A stretch of 39,249 nucleotides of DNA from a virus. Taxonomy: Duplodnaviria; Heunggongvirae; Uroviricota; Caudoviricetes. Made by a program: the position numbers and the translations under genes. Of this stretch, positions 8,522 through 17,371 are shown one piece after another. Positions within the stretch are counted from its first letter, which is position 1. The number at the start of each line of letters is the position of its first letter. The notes beneath the pieces were generated by a model. That model saw only the letters and a list, made by a program, of their open reading frames with translations, was not told where the DNA came from and made no database searches. The DNA lies in the IMG/VR virus record IMGVR_UViG_2869936548_000010, positions 1-39,249 of that record, one strand, 5' to 3'.

Positions 8522-8818
8522 ATGGAACAAACAAGTTACAGCAAACTATCACAGCGCGACGTTGATCGCGCAGAAACAGATTTACTCATCAACCTGTCAA
8601 CGCTTACCCAGCGCGGTCTGGCAAAGATGATTGGCTGTCATGAATCGAAGATAAGCAGAACGGACTGGAGATTTATTGCTTCGGTCTTGTGTGCTTTCGG
8701 AATGGCATCAGACATCAGTCCGATTAGCAGGGCTTTTAAGTATGCGCTTGATGGACTCACCAATAAAAAACGCCCGGAGGCAACCGAGCGTTCTGAACAA
8801 ATCCAGATGGAATTCTGA
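8522..8818 (+). CDS. cII: CII transcriptional activator
   Basis: 98-aa ORF ending TNKKRPEATERSEQIQMEF, nearly identical to the lambda CII C-terminus as recalled. Confidence 0.9.
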   Translation: MEQTSYSKLSQRDVDRAETDLLINLSTLTQRGLAKMIGCHESKISRTDWRFIASVLCAFGMASDISPISRAFKYALDGLTNKKRPEATERSEQIQMEF

Positions 8819-8850
8819 GGTCATTACTGGATCAATCCACAGGAGTAATT

Positions 8851-9012
8851 ATGACAAAACGTCGTAAGAAATACCAGGAAAAAGAAGAGATTCGACACCC
8901 TGATTCACCTGAGGGATTAGTGGTAGCCGCAGCAAATAACAGGGCGTTCGCAGAGCGCCTTGTTGGTGTTTACAGACTAGCCAAAGCAGGAGTGAAACAT
9001 GGGCGTCGTTAA
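8851..9012 (+). CDS. Small basic ORF (53 aa), not in the ORF track
   Basis: ATG 8851 with AGGAG 5-6 nt upstream; encodes MTKRRKKYQEKEEIRHPDSPEGLVVAAANNRAFAERLVGVYRLAKAGVKHGRR; 3' end overlaps the O start. Confidence 0.4.
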   Translation: MTKRRKKYQEKEEIRHPDSPEGLVVAAANNRAFAERLVGVYRLAKAGVKHGRR

Positions 9013-9889
9013 GTTAGCTGATTACAGGCATAACCCTGTACAACATCAGGAGGCATCCAGTATGGGGTATGTCTCTATACACCGCCAGTTTATGGACAGC
9101 AGGCTCTATAAGGACTCTCAGGCAGTACATCTTTGGCTTCACTTAATCCTCAAGGCTAATCACGAATCTACTGTCGTCAATACGGATATCGGTCCGATAA
9201 CTGTTGATCGCGGTCAGATGATAACTGGACGCCCGTCGCTGGTCAGAGAAACATTCATTCCAGACAACAAAGTTCGGAGCTTATTACGGACTTTTGAGTC
9301 GAAAGGGATGCTTAATATTTGCTCGATGGGGAAGAAATTTAGCCTGTTTACAATCGTTAAATATGACGATTTTCAGGCAAAAAATTGTCCAACGGTTGTC
9401 CAACGGTTGTCCAACGCAAACACCAGTAATGGCGCGTCTCTCAGCGGAGATTGTCCAACGGTTGTCCAACGGTTGTCCATAAACAATAATATAAATAATA
9501 TCTCTAATACTGACGTATTAGAGAGTGCCACAGCAGACAAAAAGTCTGACAAGAAAAAACCTTCCGTTAGCTGTCAGGATGTTGTCGATGCTTACCACGA
9601 AATCCTTCCTGAAGCGCCAAGAATCCGCGCACTGAATGACAAGCGTAAAAACCAGATCCGAACGTTCTGGCGCAAAGCCGGAGTGATAACCCGCCAGCTT
9701 GACGGGCATGGGTTCACGATGCAGGACTGGAGAAATTATTTGAGCTACGTAGGCGAAAATTGCCGATGGATGTTCGAAGAGCGTCCAAACCATCAACGCG
9801 GAACCGTCTGGCACAAAAAGGGATTTGATTTCCTGCTTAACGATAATACCTACCTGAAAGTTCGTGAGGGTGAACACGATGACCGATAA
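8999..9889 (+). CDS. Replication initiator, lambda O / P22 gene 18 type
   Basis: 296-aa ORF with AGGAG RBS; origin iterons lie inside the coding sequence as in lambda O. Confidence 0.85.
   Translation: MGVVKLADYRHNPVQHQEASSMGYVSIHRQFMDSRLYKDSQAVHLWLHLILKANHESTVVNTDIGPITVDRGQMITGRPSLVRETFIPDNKVRSLLRTFESKGMLNICSMGKKFSLFTIVKYDDFQAKNCPTVVQRLSNANTSNGASLSGDCPTVVQRLSINNNINNISNTDVLESATADKKSDKKKPSVSCQDVVDAYHEILPEAPRIRALNDKRKNQIRTFWRKAGVITRQLDGHGFTMQDWRNYLSYVGENCRWMFEERPNHQRGTVWHKKGFDFLLNDNTYLKVREGEHDDR
9385..9510. repeat. Origin of replication: six 11-bp iterons (TTGTCCAACGG) in two clusters, then an AT-rich tract
   Basis: Clusters at 9385-9417 and 9451-9483, start-to-start spacing 66 bp (6 x 11); followed by ataaacaataatataaataatatctctaat. 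Confidence 0.75.
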
Positions 9890-11315
9890 TTTTTATGCGC
9901 CGCCCCATAGCATCGAGGCAGAGCAGGCGGTGATTGGTGGATTGCTTCTGGATGATGACAGCAGTGAGCGCGTCCAGAAAGTTCTGGCGATGCTGAAGCC
10001 TGATTCATTTTACAGCCGACCACACAAAATTCTTTTCGAAGAAATAACCAGAATGCACCGGGAGCAAAAGCCAGTAGATGGCCTGACGCTTTTCGATGAA
10101 CTGGAGCGCAAATCGTTAACGGTGTCTGTTGGCGGTTTTGCTTATATCGCTGAGATCGCAAAGAACACGCCAAGCGCAGCAAACATCGTTGCCTATGCAA
10201 TGCAGGTTCGTGAAACCGCAATGGAACGCTACGCCATCAACCGCATGACTGAAGCGACGGAATTGCTCTATTCCCGCAACGGAATGACTGCAACGCAGAA
10301 GTACGAAGCTATTCAGGCGATTTTCACGCAACTGACAGACCATGCAAAAACCGGATCGCGTCGCGGACTTCGCTCATTTGGTGAGGTCATGGAAGACTGG
10401 GTTAGCGACCTTGAGAAGCGATTTGACCCATCAGGCGAACAACGGGGAATGAGCACAGGGATCCCATCGCTGGACAGGATGCTGTCACCGAAAGGTCTGG
10501 TGAAAGGCTCTCTGTTTGTCATTGGCGCTCGCCCTAAGATGGGGAAAACGACGCTATACAGCCAGATGGCAATCAACTGCGCAGTGCATGAGAAAAAGCC
10601 CGCTCTGATGTTCAGCCTTGAAATGCCAGGAGACCAGATACTGGAAAAACTGGTAGGGCAGAAGTCTGGTGTTAACCCGAATATTTTTTACCTTCCGGCG
10701 ACAAATGACGCTGATGACGGCTATCAGGGTGATTACGATGGTGACTTCAACAGGGCGATCGAAACAGCTAATCGTTTGAGTGAAATCGACCTGCTTTACA
10801 TCGACGACACGCCGGGATTATCTCTGGCTCAAATCGTCAGCGAAAGCCGTCGAATCAAGCGAGAAAAAGGATGTGTTGGCATGATTCTGGTCGATTACCT
10901 GACACTAATGACCGCTGAGAAGGCCGATCGCAACGACCTTGCTTACGGCATGATCACCAAAGGACTGAAGAACCTTGCCAAAGAGCTTGATTGCGTTGTT
11001 GTGCTTCTGACGCAGCTTAACCGCGCACTGGAAAGCCGAACCAATAAACGCCCATTACCAAGTGACTCACGAGATACAGGGCAGATTGAACAGGATTGCG
11101 ATTATTGGGTGGGGATCCATCGTGAAGGTGCTTTTGATGACAGTGTTCCACCTGGTGAAACCGAACTAATCCTTCGTCTCAATCGTCATGGCAATACCGG
11201 CACGGTGTATTGCATTCAGGCAAATGGCGCTATTTATGACACAGACCAACAGTCTGCTGAAATGCGCCGCCGTGAACGCGAGGAGCCGCAGTCCAAGAAG
11301 AAAGGAGGATTCTGA
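9879..11315 (+). CDS. Replicative DNA helicase, DnaB family (P22 gene 12 type)
   Basis: Walker A GARPKMGKT present; start at ATG 9879 (GAGGG upstream) preferred over the track's GTG at 9864. Confidence 0.9.
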   Translation: MTDNFYAPPHSIEAEQAVIGGLLLDDDSSERVQKVLAMLKPDSFYSRPHKILFEEITRMHREQKPVDGLTLFDELERKSLTVSVGGFAYIAEIAKNTPSAANIVAYAMQVRETAMERYAINRMTEATELLYSRNGMTATQKYEAIQAIFTQLTDHAKTGSRRGLRSFGEVMEDWVSDLEKRFDPSGEQRGMSTGIPSLDRMLSPKGLVKGSLFVIGARPKMGKTTLYSQMAINCAVHEKKPALMFSLEMPGDQILEKLVGQKSGVNPNIFYLPATNDADDGYQGDYDGDFNRAIETANRLSEIDLLYIDDTPGLSLAQIVSESRRIKREKGCVGMILVDYLTLMTAEKADRNDLAYGMITKGLKNLAKELDCVVVLLTQLNRALESRTNKRPLPSDSRDTGQIEQDCDYWVGIHREGAFDDSVPPGETELILRLNRHGNTGTVYCIQANGAIYDTDQQSAEMRRREREEPQSKKKGGF

Positions 11316-11344
11316 TGACCATCTACATCACTGAGCTAATAACA

Positions 11345-11373
11345 GGGGCTATTTACACAGTAGCCCTTTTTTA
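11345..11373 (+). terminator. Intrinsic terminator after the helicase gene (tR2-like position)
   Basis: Hairpin gggcta-tttacacag-tagccc followed by ttttttatt. Confidence 0.6.
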
Positions 11374-11399
11374 TTGGATTAAGAACGAGGGGGATCCTG

Positions 11400-11612
11400 A
11401 TGGACACCGTTAACGGAATGTGTTCAGACGCACCGCGTGCCAAAAAATGTAAATGCGGAAAATCACCGACAATATTCGACATGGAGAACGGGTGCCAAAT
11501 CTACTGCGCTAACCACGCCGCTGTGGCGGCCGCGAATTATCGCAGTGCGGTAACGGAGTGGAATAACCTGAAATCTGTTAGAGAGGGAAGTCATGAAAAA
11601 ACTAACCTTTGA
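11400..11612 (+). CDS. Hypothetical Cys-rich small protein
   Basis: 70-aa ORF with GAGGGGGA RBS; Cys pairs CKCG...CANH. Confidence 0.45.
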   Translation: MDTVNGMCSDAPRAKKCKCGKSPTIFDMENGCQIYCANHAAVAAANYRSAVTEWNNLKSVREGSHEKTNL

Positions 11613-12033
11613 AATTCGATCCCCAGCACATCAGCAAAACGCTATTCACGCGGTACAGCAAATTCTTCCAGACCCAACCAAACCAATCGTAGTAACCATT
11701 CAGGAGCGCAACCGCAGCTTAGACCAAAATCGGAAGCTTTGGGCTTGCCTTGGTGACGTTTCGCGTCAGGTTGAATGGCATGGTCGCTGGCTGGATGCAG
11801 AAAGCTGGAAGTGTGTGTTTACCGCAGCATTAAAGCAGCAGGACGTTGTTCCTAACCTTGCCGGGAATGGCTTTGTGGTAATAGGCCAGTCAACCAGCAG
11901 GATGCGTGTAAGCGAATTTGCGGAGCTATTAGAGCTTATACAGGCATTCGGTACAGAGCGTGGCGTTAAGTGGTCAGACGAAGCGCGACTGGCTCTCGAA
12001 TGGAAAGCGCGATGGGGAGATCGGGCTGCATGA
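11593..12033 (+). CDS. ninB: NinB recombination protein
   Basis: 146-aa ORF, essentially identical to lambda NinB as recalled. Confidence 0.9.
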   Translation: MKKLTFEIRSPAHQQNAIHAVQQILPDPTKPIVVTIQERNRSLDQNRKLWACLGDVSRQVEWHGRWLDAESWKCVFTAALKQQDVVPNLAGNGFVVIGQSTSRMRVSEFAELLELIQAFGTERGVKWSDEARLALEWKARWGDRAA

Positions 12034-12203
12034 TGCGATGTTATCGGTGCGGTGAATGCAAAGAAGATAACCGCTTCCGACCAAATCAACCTTACTGGAA
12101 TCGATGGTGTCTCCGGTGTGAAAGAACACCAACAGGAGTTTTACCACTACCGCAGGAAAAGGAGGACGTGTGGCGAGACAGCGACGAAGTATTACTCAAA
12201 TAG
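12030..12203 (+). CDS. ninD: NinD
   Basis: Start at ATGATG overlapping the ninB stop; [16 protein letters not shown] zinc-ribbon-like; the track's longer ORF starts upstream inside ninB. Confidence 0.7.
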   Translation: MMRCYRCGECKEDNRFRPNQPYWNRWCLRCERTPTGVLPLPQEKEDVWRDSDEVLLK

Positions 12204-12346
12204 CGTTAGACAACCTGATTTTTACTCCTACCAAACGCACCAAATCCCGCAAGAAACCAATCCCCACAGAAAGCCAGGTAAAGACATTCGATTATGTCTA
12301 CGGGCTGTTACAGGCCAAATGGAACCGCATGAGGAAAACAAGGTGA
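12170..12346 (+). CDS. ninE: NinE
   Basis: GTG start after GGAGGA; overlaps the ninD 3' end by 34 nt as in lambda; absent from the track because it lies inside the 153-aa ORF region in another frame. Confidence 0.6.
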   Translation: MARQRRSITQIALDNLIFTPTKRTKSRKKPIPTESQVKTFDYVYGLLQAKWNRMRKTR

Positions 12347-12513
12347 TTGACCCAAATCGAAGTTACGAACAAGAAAGCGTCGAGCGGGCTTTAACGTGCG
12401 CTAACTGCGGTCAGAAGCTGCATGTGCTGGAAGTTCACGTGTGCTCCGATTGCTGCGCAGAACTGATGAGCGATCCGAATAGCTCAATGTACGAGGAAGA
12501 AGACGATGAATGA
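12343..12513 (+). CDS. ninF: NinF
   Basis: C-terminal part of track ORF 12052..12513; GTGA overlap with the ninE stop (alternative ATG at 12319); resembles lambda NinF. Confidence 0.6.
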   Translation: MIDPNRSYEQESVERALTCANCGQKLHVLEVHVCSDCCAELMSDPNSSMYEEEDDE

Positions 12514-13228
12514 GTTAATAAATGGCAATGCCATCAAAATGACAAGCATTGAAATCGCTGAGTTGGTGGGTAAGCGTCATGACAATGTGAAACGTACCAT
12601 CGAAACGCTGGCTAAAAATGGTGTTATCCGGCTTCCTCAAATTGAGGTTTCCGAAAGAATCAATAACTTAGGGTTCAGTGTTCAGTACGAGCATTACGTC
12701 TTCGAAGGCGAACAAGGAAAGCGAGACAGTATTGTCGTTGTAGCCCAGTTGTCGCCGGAATTCACCGCTCGTCTTGTTGACCGTTGGCGAGAGCTTGAAG
12801 AAACTGCGGTTAATATCCCAAAAACGCTACCAGAAGCGTTGCGCCTTGCTGCTGATCTTGCTGAGCAGAAAATGCAACTGGAAAACCAGCTCGCAATTGC
12901 CGCACCTAAAGTTGAGTTTGCCGATCGCGTTGGCGAGGCCAGCGGAATTTTGATTGGAAACTTTGCAAAGGTTGTTGGAATTGGTCCAAACAAACTGTTT
13001 GCGTGGATGCGCGATCACAAAATCCTTATTGCTTCAGGTTCCCGGCGCAATGTGCCAATGCAGGAATATATGGATCGCGGCTATTTCACAGTGAAAGAAA
13101 CAGCGGTCAACACAAATCACGGAATACAGATATCGTTCACCACAAAAATCACCGGGCGTGGTCAACAGTGGCTGACCAGAAAGCTGCTCGATAACGGAAT
13201 GCTGAAAGTAACAGGGGAGGCTGCTTAA
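12506..13228 (+). CDS. Rha/KilA-C family regulatory (antirepressor-like) protein
   Basis: 240-aa ORF; N-terminal Rha-like DNA-binding region and C-terminal KilA-C-like region by recalled similarity. Confidence 0.65.
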   Translation: MNELINGNAIKMTSIEIAELVGKRHDNVKRTIETLAKNGVIRLPQIEVSERINNLGFSVQYEHYVFEGEQGKRDSIVVVAQLSPEFTARLVDRWRELEETAVNIPKTLPEALRLAADLAEQKMQLENQLAIAAPKVEFADRVGEASGILIGNFAKVVGIGPNKLFAWMRDHKILIASGSRRNVPMQEYMDRGYFTVKETAVNTNHGIQISFTTKITGRGQQWLTRKLLDNGMLKVTGEAA

Positions 13229-13518
13229 TGGCTAATCTACGCAAAGAAGCACGCGGCAGAGAATGCCAGGTACGTATTTACGGCGTATGCAATGGCAATC
13301 CTGAAACTACAGTTCTGGCACATTACCGGATGGCTGGAATTTGCGGAACGGGAATGAAGCCTGACGACCTGATCGGCGCATGGGCTTGTAGTGACTGCCA
13401 CGCGGAGATCGACCGACGCACCCATAATCTCGACAACAAAGACGCCAGACTTTACCACCTCGAAGGCGTGATCAGGACGCAGGCGATACTGCTGAAGGAG
13501 GGGAAGATTAAGCCATGA
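13228..13518 (+). CDS. NinX-like / DUF1364-family protein
   Basis: 96-aa ORF with conserved Cys/His (CNGNPETTVLAHY...CSDCH); ATGA-type overlaps with neighbours. Confidence 0.55.
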   Translation: MANLRKEARGRECQVRIYGVCNGNPETTVLAHYRMAGICGTGMKPDDLIGAWACSDCHAEIDRRTHNLDNKDARLYHLEGVIRTQAILLKEGKIKP

Positions 13519-13877
13519 ACGAATATCAGTTTGCGCTTCCTTACCCGCCGTCGGTGAACACCTACTGGCGAAGACGGGGGAGTCAATACTACATCAGCGA
13601 TAAAGGCCAGAAATACCGAAAAGACGTTCAGCAAATCATCCGCCAACTCAAGTTAGACATTTTCACCAAATCACGACTCCGCATCAAAGTCATCGCAGAC
13701 GTTCCAGACTCCCGCCGCCGCGACCTCGACAACATCCTGAAAGGTTTACTCGACTCCCTTATCCACGCCGGATTTGCGGAAGACGACGAGCAATTCGATG
13801 ACATTCGCGTAATTCGTGGTGTGAAAGTACCAGGCGGACGGCTTGGAATAAAAATCACCGAACTGGAGAACGTATGA
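13515..13877 (+). CDS. rusA: RusA Holliday junction resolvase
   Basis: 120-aa ORF with the conserved RRRDLDN motif; resembles E. coli RusA as recalled. Confidence 0.85.
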   Translation: MNEYQFALPYPPSVNTYWRRRGSQYYISDKGQKYRKDVQQIIRQLKLDIFTKSRLRIKVIADVPDSRRRDLDNILKGLLDSLIHAGFAEDDEQFDDIRVIRGVKVPGGRLGIKITELENV

Positions 13878-14062
13878 ACTCCACAATTCAAACGATACCA
13901 GAGCTTCTTATCCAGACACGAGGAAATCAGACCGAAGTGGCGAGGATGCTTTCCTGTGCAAGAGGAACAGTGCTCAAGTACAACCGAGACAGCAAAGGCG
14001 AACGTCACGTAATAGTTAACGGCGTCCTGATGGTCAAACAGGGCAAGAGGGGAAGACGATGA
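13874..14062 (+). CDS. ninH: NinH
   Basis: 62-aa ORF; GNQTEVARMLSCARGTVLKY matches the lambda NinH HTH region as recalled. Confidence 0.7.
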   Translation: MNSTIQTIPELLIQTRGNQTEVARMLSCARGTVLKYNRDSKGERHVIVNGVLMVKQGKRGRR

Positions 14063-14577
14063 GCATAAGAGAACTAAACCTCACCAAAGAGCAGCACGAT
14101 TGGCTGAATGGATGGCTTGAACTGTGGGGCGCATGGGTTTATTCAGGTCGTCTGGAAAAGCGCATGAGCAGCGTAATAGCGAAGTTCATGGAGAGCGTAG
14201 AGCCGGGAAGAGTTATGACAAGGCCAATGTGTAATGATGATGATGGAATGTTGATTTCTCAGGTCGTCGATTCCGTCATGTACATTGACAAGAAAGCCTT
14301 TGGCATCCTCCTCAGCTACTACGCTCATGGTTCATCTAAGCGAGCAATTGCATCCTACTATCACGCGACTGCAAAGCCACGCAAGATGTGTGGACGTGGT
14401 GGCGAGGGATGGAGAAAACCTTCACTGGCAACCTGTAGAAACGAAATTGACGATATCCTGAAAGCGTCGTTATTTGTTTTGTACCAGCCAATGCAAAATG
14501 CTTTCAAAATGCGTAAACGTGTTGAGAAAGTTAAGCATATTGCTGTTAAAAGCCTTGACATGCAATTATCCATTTAG
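14059..14577 (+). CDS. Late-gene antiterminator Q (P22 gene 23 family, not lambda-Q type)
   Basis: 172-aa ORF in the Q position between ninH and the lysis cassette; family assignment from recalled similarity. Confidence 0.7.
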   Translation: MSIRELNLTKEQHDWLNGWLELWGAWVYSGRLEKRMSSVIAKFMESVEPGRVMTRPMCNDDDGMLISQVVDSVMYIDKKAFGILLSYYAHGSSKRAIASYYHATAKPRKMCGRGGEGWRKPSLATCRNEIDDILKASLFVLYQPMQNAFKMRKRVEKVKHIAVKSLDMQLSI

Positions 14578-14584
14578 CCATAAT
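14555..14584 (+). promoter_or_regulatory. Putative late promoter pR': -35 TTGACA, 18-bp spacer, -10 CATAAT
   Basis: Hexamers overlap the 3' end of Q and sit just upstream of a terminator, the arrangement expected for a Q-utilisation site. Confidence 0.35.
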
Positions 14585-14594
14585 TAGAAGGTAA

Positions 14595-14635
14595 GCTGCC
14601 GTTAGTGACTCTTAAGTTGCAACGGTGGCTTTTTT
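14595..14635 (+). terminator. tR'-like intrinsic terminator
   Basis: 9-bp stem (gctgccgtt / aacggtggc, two G-U pairs) followed by tttttt at 14630-14635. Confidence 0.5.
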
Positions 14636-15075
14636 ATTTGCACAACAGGTAAGAGCATTGAACCCGCAGACCTCGCGGAATTGGTTAAAGGTGCCGCGCA
14701 GTGCTCTTATCGTTGTGGTGAATGCACAGGCTGATGTGTAAGGGCAAGAATCTTTCGCTGGATTCGGTGTGGCCACGTAGCCCGCTGTAGGCAGTTGCAG
14801 CAAACCGGAGATCAGCACCGGTCGCCACAATCCAAACTGAGCCGTAGCCACTGGATGTCCTGAATTCATCAGTGATAGTTATGCTGCGGCCTTCTACACA
14901 TGATCTTCGTGAAAGCGGGTGACAGGAGGTCGCGCTAACAACCTCCTGCCGTTTTGCCCGTGCATATCGGTCACGAACAAATCTGATTACTAAACACAGT
15001 AGCCTGGATTTGTTCTATCAGTAATCGACCTTATTCCTAATTAAATAGAGCAAATCCCCTTATTGGGGCTAAGAC

Positions 15076-15399
15076 ATGAAGATGCCAGAAAAACATGACC
15101 TGTTAGCCGCCATTCTCGCGGCAAAGGAACAAGGCATCGGGGCAATCCTTGCGTTTGCAATGGCGTACCTTCGCGGCAGATATAATGGCGGTGCGTTTAC
15201 AAAAACAGTAATCGACGCAACGATGTGCGCCATTATCGCCTGGTTCATTCGTGACCTTCTCGACTTCGCCGGACTAAGTAGCAATCTCGCTTATATAACG
15301 AGCGTGTTTATCGGCTACATCGGTACTGACTCGATTGGTTCGCTTATCAAACGCTTCGCTGCTAAAAAAGCCGGAGTAGAAGATGGTGGAAATCAATAA
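15076..15399 (+). CDS. S: Holin S (class I, dual-start MKM)
   Basis: 107-aa ORF, near-identical to lambda S as recalled; upstream ccccttattgggg stem-loop like the lambda sdi structure. Confidence 0.95.
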   Translation: MKMPEKHDLLAAILAAKEQGIGAILAFAMAYLRGRYNGGAFTKTVIDATMCAIIAWFIRDLLDFAGLSSNLAYITSVFIGYIGTDSIGSLIKRFAAKKAGVEDGGNQ

Positions 15400-15859
15400 T
15401 CAACGTAAGGCGTTCCTCGATATGCTGGCGTGGTCAGAGGGAACTGATAACGGACGTCAAAAAACCAGAAATCATGGTTATGACGTCATTGTTGGCGGAG
15501 AGCTATTCACTGATTACTCTGATCACCCTCGCAAACTTGTCACGCTAAATCCGAAACTCAAATCAACAGCCGCCGGACGCTACCAGCTTCTTTCCCGTTG
15601 GTGGGATGCCTACCGTAAGCAGCTTGGCCTGAAAGACTTCTCTCCGAAAAGCCAGGACGCTGTGGCACTGCAACAGATTAAAGAGCGTGGCGCTTTACCG
15701 ATGATTGATCGCGGTGATATTCGTCAGGCTATCGACCGTTGCAGCAATATCTGGGCTTCACTGCCTGGCGCTGGTTATGGTCAGTTCGAGCATAAGGCTG
15801 ACAGCCTGATTGCAAAATTCAAAGAGGCAGGCGGAACGGTCAGAGAGATTGAGGTATGA
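15383..15859 (+). CDS. R: Endolysin R (lytic transglycosylase)
   Basis: 158-aa ORF, near-identical to lambda R as recalled. Confidence 0.95.
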   Translation: MVEINNQRKAFLDMLAWSEGTDNGRQKTRNHGYDVIVGGELFTDYSDHPRKLVTLNPKLKSTAAGRYQLLSRWWDAYRKQLGLKDFSPKSQDAVALQQIKERGALPMIDRGDIRQAIDRCSNIWASLPGAGYGQFEHKADSLIAKFKEAGGTVREIEV

Positions 15860-16293
15860 GCAAAGTAACCGCGATTATCTCCGCTCTGGTTATCTGCATC
15901 ATCGTTTGCCTGTCATGGGCTGTTAATCACTACCGTGATAACGCCATCGCCTACAAAGAGCAGCGCGATAAGGCCGCATCCACAATTGCTGACATGCAGA
16001 AGCGTCAACGTGATGTAGCAGAACTCGATGCCAGATATACAAAGGAGCTTGCTGATGCTAACGCGACTATCGAAAGTCTCCGTGCTGATGTTTCTGCTGG
16101 GCGTAAGCGCCTGCAAGTCGCCGCCACCTGTGCAAAGTCAACGACCGGAGCCAGCAGCATGGGCGATGGAGAAAGCCCAAGACTTACAGCAGATGCTGAA
16201 CTCAATTATTACCGTCTACGAAGCGGAATCGACAGGATAACCGCGCAGGTTAACTACCTGCAGGAGTACATCAGGACGCAATGCCTTCGATGA
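15856..16293 (+). CDS. Rz: Spanin inner-membrane subunit Rz
   Basis: 145-aa ORF; N-terminal TM segment identical to lambda Rz, divergent periplasmic part. Confidence 0.85.
   Translation: MSKVTAIISALVICIIVCLSWAVNHYRDNAIAYKEQRDKAASTIADMQKRQRDVAELDARYTKELADANATIESLRADVSAGRKRLQVAATCAKSTTGASSMGDGESPRLTADAELNYYRLRSGIDRITAQVNYLQEYIRTQCLR
16055..16240 (+). CDS. Rz1: Spanin outer-membrane lipoprotein Rz1 (embedded in Rz, +1 frame)
   Basis: Internal Met of track ORF 16028..16240; lipobox LLGVSAC followed by a proline-rich stretch. Confidence 0.7.
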   Translation: MLTRLSKVSVLMFLLGVSACKSPPPVQSQRPEPAAWAMEKAQDLQQMLNSIITVYEAESTG

Positions 16294-16467
16294 TAGCGAT
16301 AATTTTACTCATCATCCTTCACATCTGGCTCTGTAGACAGGGTGATGATCACTTCTGGAGTGAATCCAGATTAAACATCTCATTGCTGATGCTTGATATT
16401 GAGCATCTGGCGCGCGGTAAGGGGCTGCGTTGAGATAAGAGCCAGTCATTACAAATACCAGGATTTA

Positions 16468-16491
16468 GCCTCGCATTTGCGGGGCTTTTTT
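16468..16491 (+). terminator. Intrinsic terminator after the lysis cassette
   Basis: Hairpin gcctcgc-attt-gcggggc followed by tttttt. Confidence 0.55.
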
Positions 16492-16637
16492 ACATCTGCA
16501 GTAAACCGCGCATCGCAGCGCGTAACAATCCCGAGTCTTTCAGAAAGCTGAGCCTGAGAATTGCCGTATATGGTGGCGACCATCTCGGGGGCGGCTTTTC
16601 TGTGCGAACAGGCTCATCTTTCTAAAAGGTAAACGCT

Positions 16638-17123
16638 ATGAATAACTTTGTTGAAATTACCTCAAGAATTGGTCGCATGTACCAAGATTTTCTTATAAGT
16701 GGAAAGGGGTCTGGCGACATCATAGAGGAAATTGACAAGCTAAGTGCAGAGCTGAGAAGGAATGGGTGTGTTAATTCTATCTTTTTTGAAACTTTGCTAA
16801 AGCAAGGCTTTATGTTTGACATGATTAATTACAACAAAGTCGCACCCAGTGCTTCGCAAAAATCATATGTGTACGTTCTGCATGCTGAAGATAGTGGGCT
16901 AACAAAAATAGGGTTTAGTCGCAGGGTTAATAAACGAATTTCAGAGATATCTCGCATGAGTGGTGGGAAGCTAAATCTAATTGCAAAGATTCCGGCCGAT
17001 AGAGAGCTTGAAACCAAATTGCACCAAAAATATTACAACTATAGGTCGCACGGGGAGTGGTTTAGCCTCAATCGTTGTCATTTGAAAGAGCTAAAAGAAA
17101 TGCCTGGTAACGAACTGAAATAA
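16638..17123 (+). CDS. T5orf172 (GIY-YIG-like) domain protein; moron
   Basis: 161-aa ORF; C-terminal half YVYVLHAEDSGLTKIGFSRRVNKRISEIS...HGEWFSL fits the T5orf172 pattern as recalled; gene is visibly AT-rich. Confidence 0.6.
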   Translation: MNNFVEITSRIGRMYQDFLISGKGSGDIIEEIDKLSAELRRNGCVNSIFFETLLKQGFMFDMINYNKVAPSASQKSYVYVLHAEDSGLTKIGFSRRVNKRISEISRMSGGKLNLIAKIPADRELETKLHQKYYNYRSHGEWFSLNRCHLKELKEMPGNELK

Positions 17124-17371
17124 TCCCCGGACTCACTAATTAACGGCAGTACAGCGAAACAACCCAAGCCAGTAAGTGGGGAAATAACACTGGCAGCCAC
17201 TGAAAGATGAACCTCCTGCCTTATGGCAAAAAAAGATTCTTTGTGGTGGCGGACTGATGGAAAGACATCGGTTATTGCAGAGACCATTCAATGAGTGGTC
17301 TCGACAATGGCTTATACCCTACACGGGATAACTTAACTGATATCCCTTTTAACGGATAAACGGAGCCAACA

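Noticed and set aside
9284-9482. Two short ORFs on both strands over the iterons
   Set aside because: They are repeat-driven artefacts inside the replication initiator gene.
12052-12513. 153-aa track ORF spanning ninD to ninF
   Set aside because: Its first two-thirds run antisense-frame through ninD and ninE; only the last 56-64 codons (NinF) look real, and NinE is in another frame starting at GTG 12170.
14612-14869. 85-aa minus-strand ORF in the Q-to-S intergenic region
   Set aside because: It lies in the lambda-like noncoding leader upstream of S, has no RBS and an implausible composition; I also scanned this interval for a tRNA (as in some lambdoid phages) and saw none.
16294-16637. Possible small RNA or bor-like gene in the 340-bp gap after Rz
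   Set aside because: Apart from the terminator hairpin at 16468-16491 I could not identify a convincing ORF with RBS or a conserved structure by eye.
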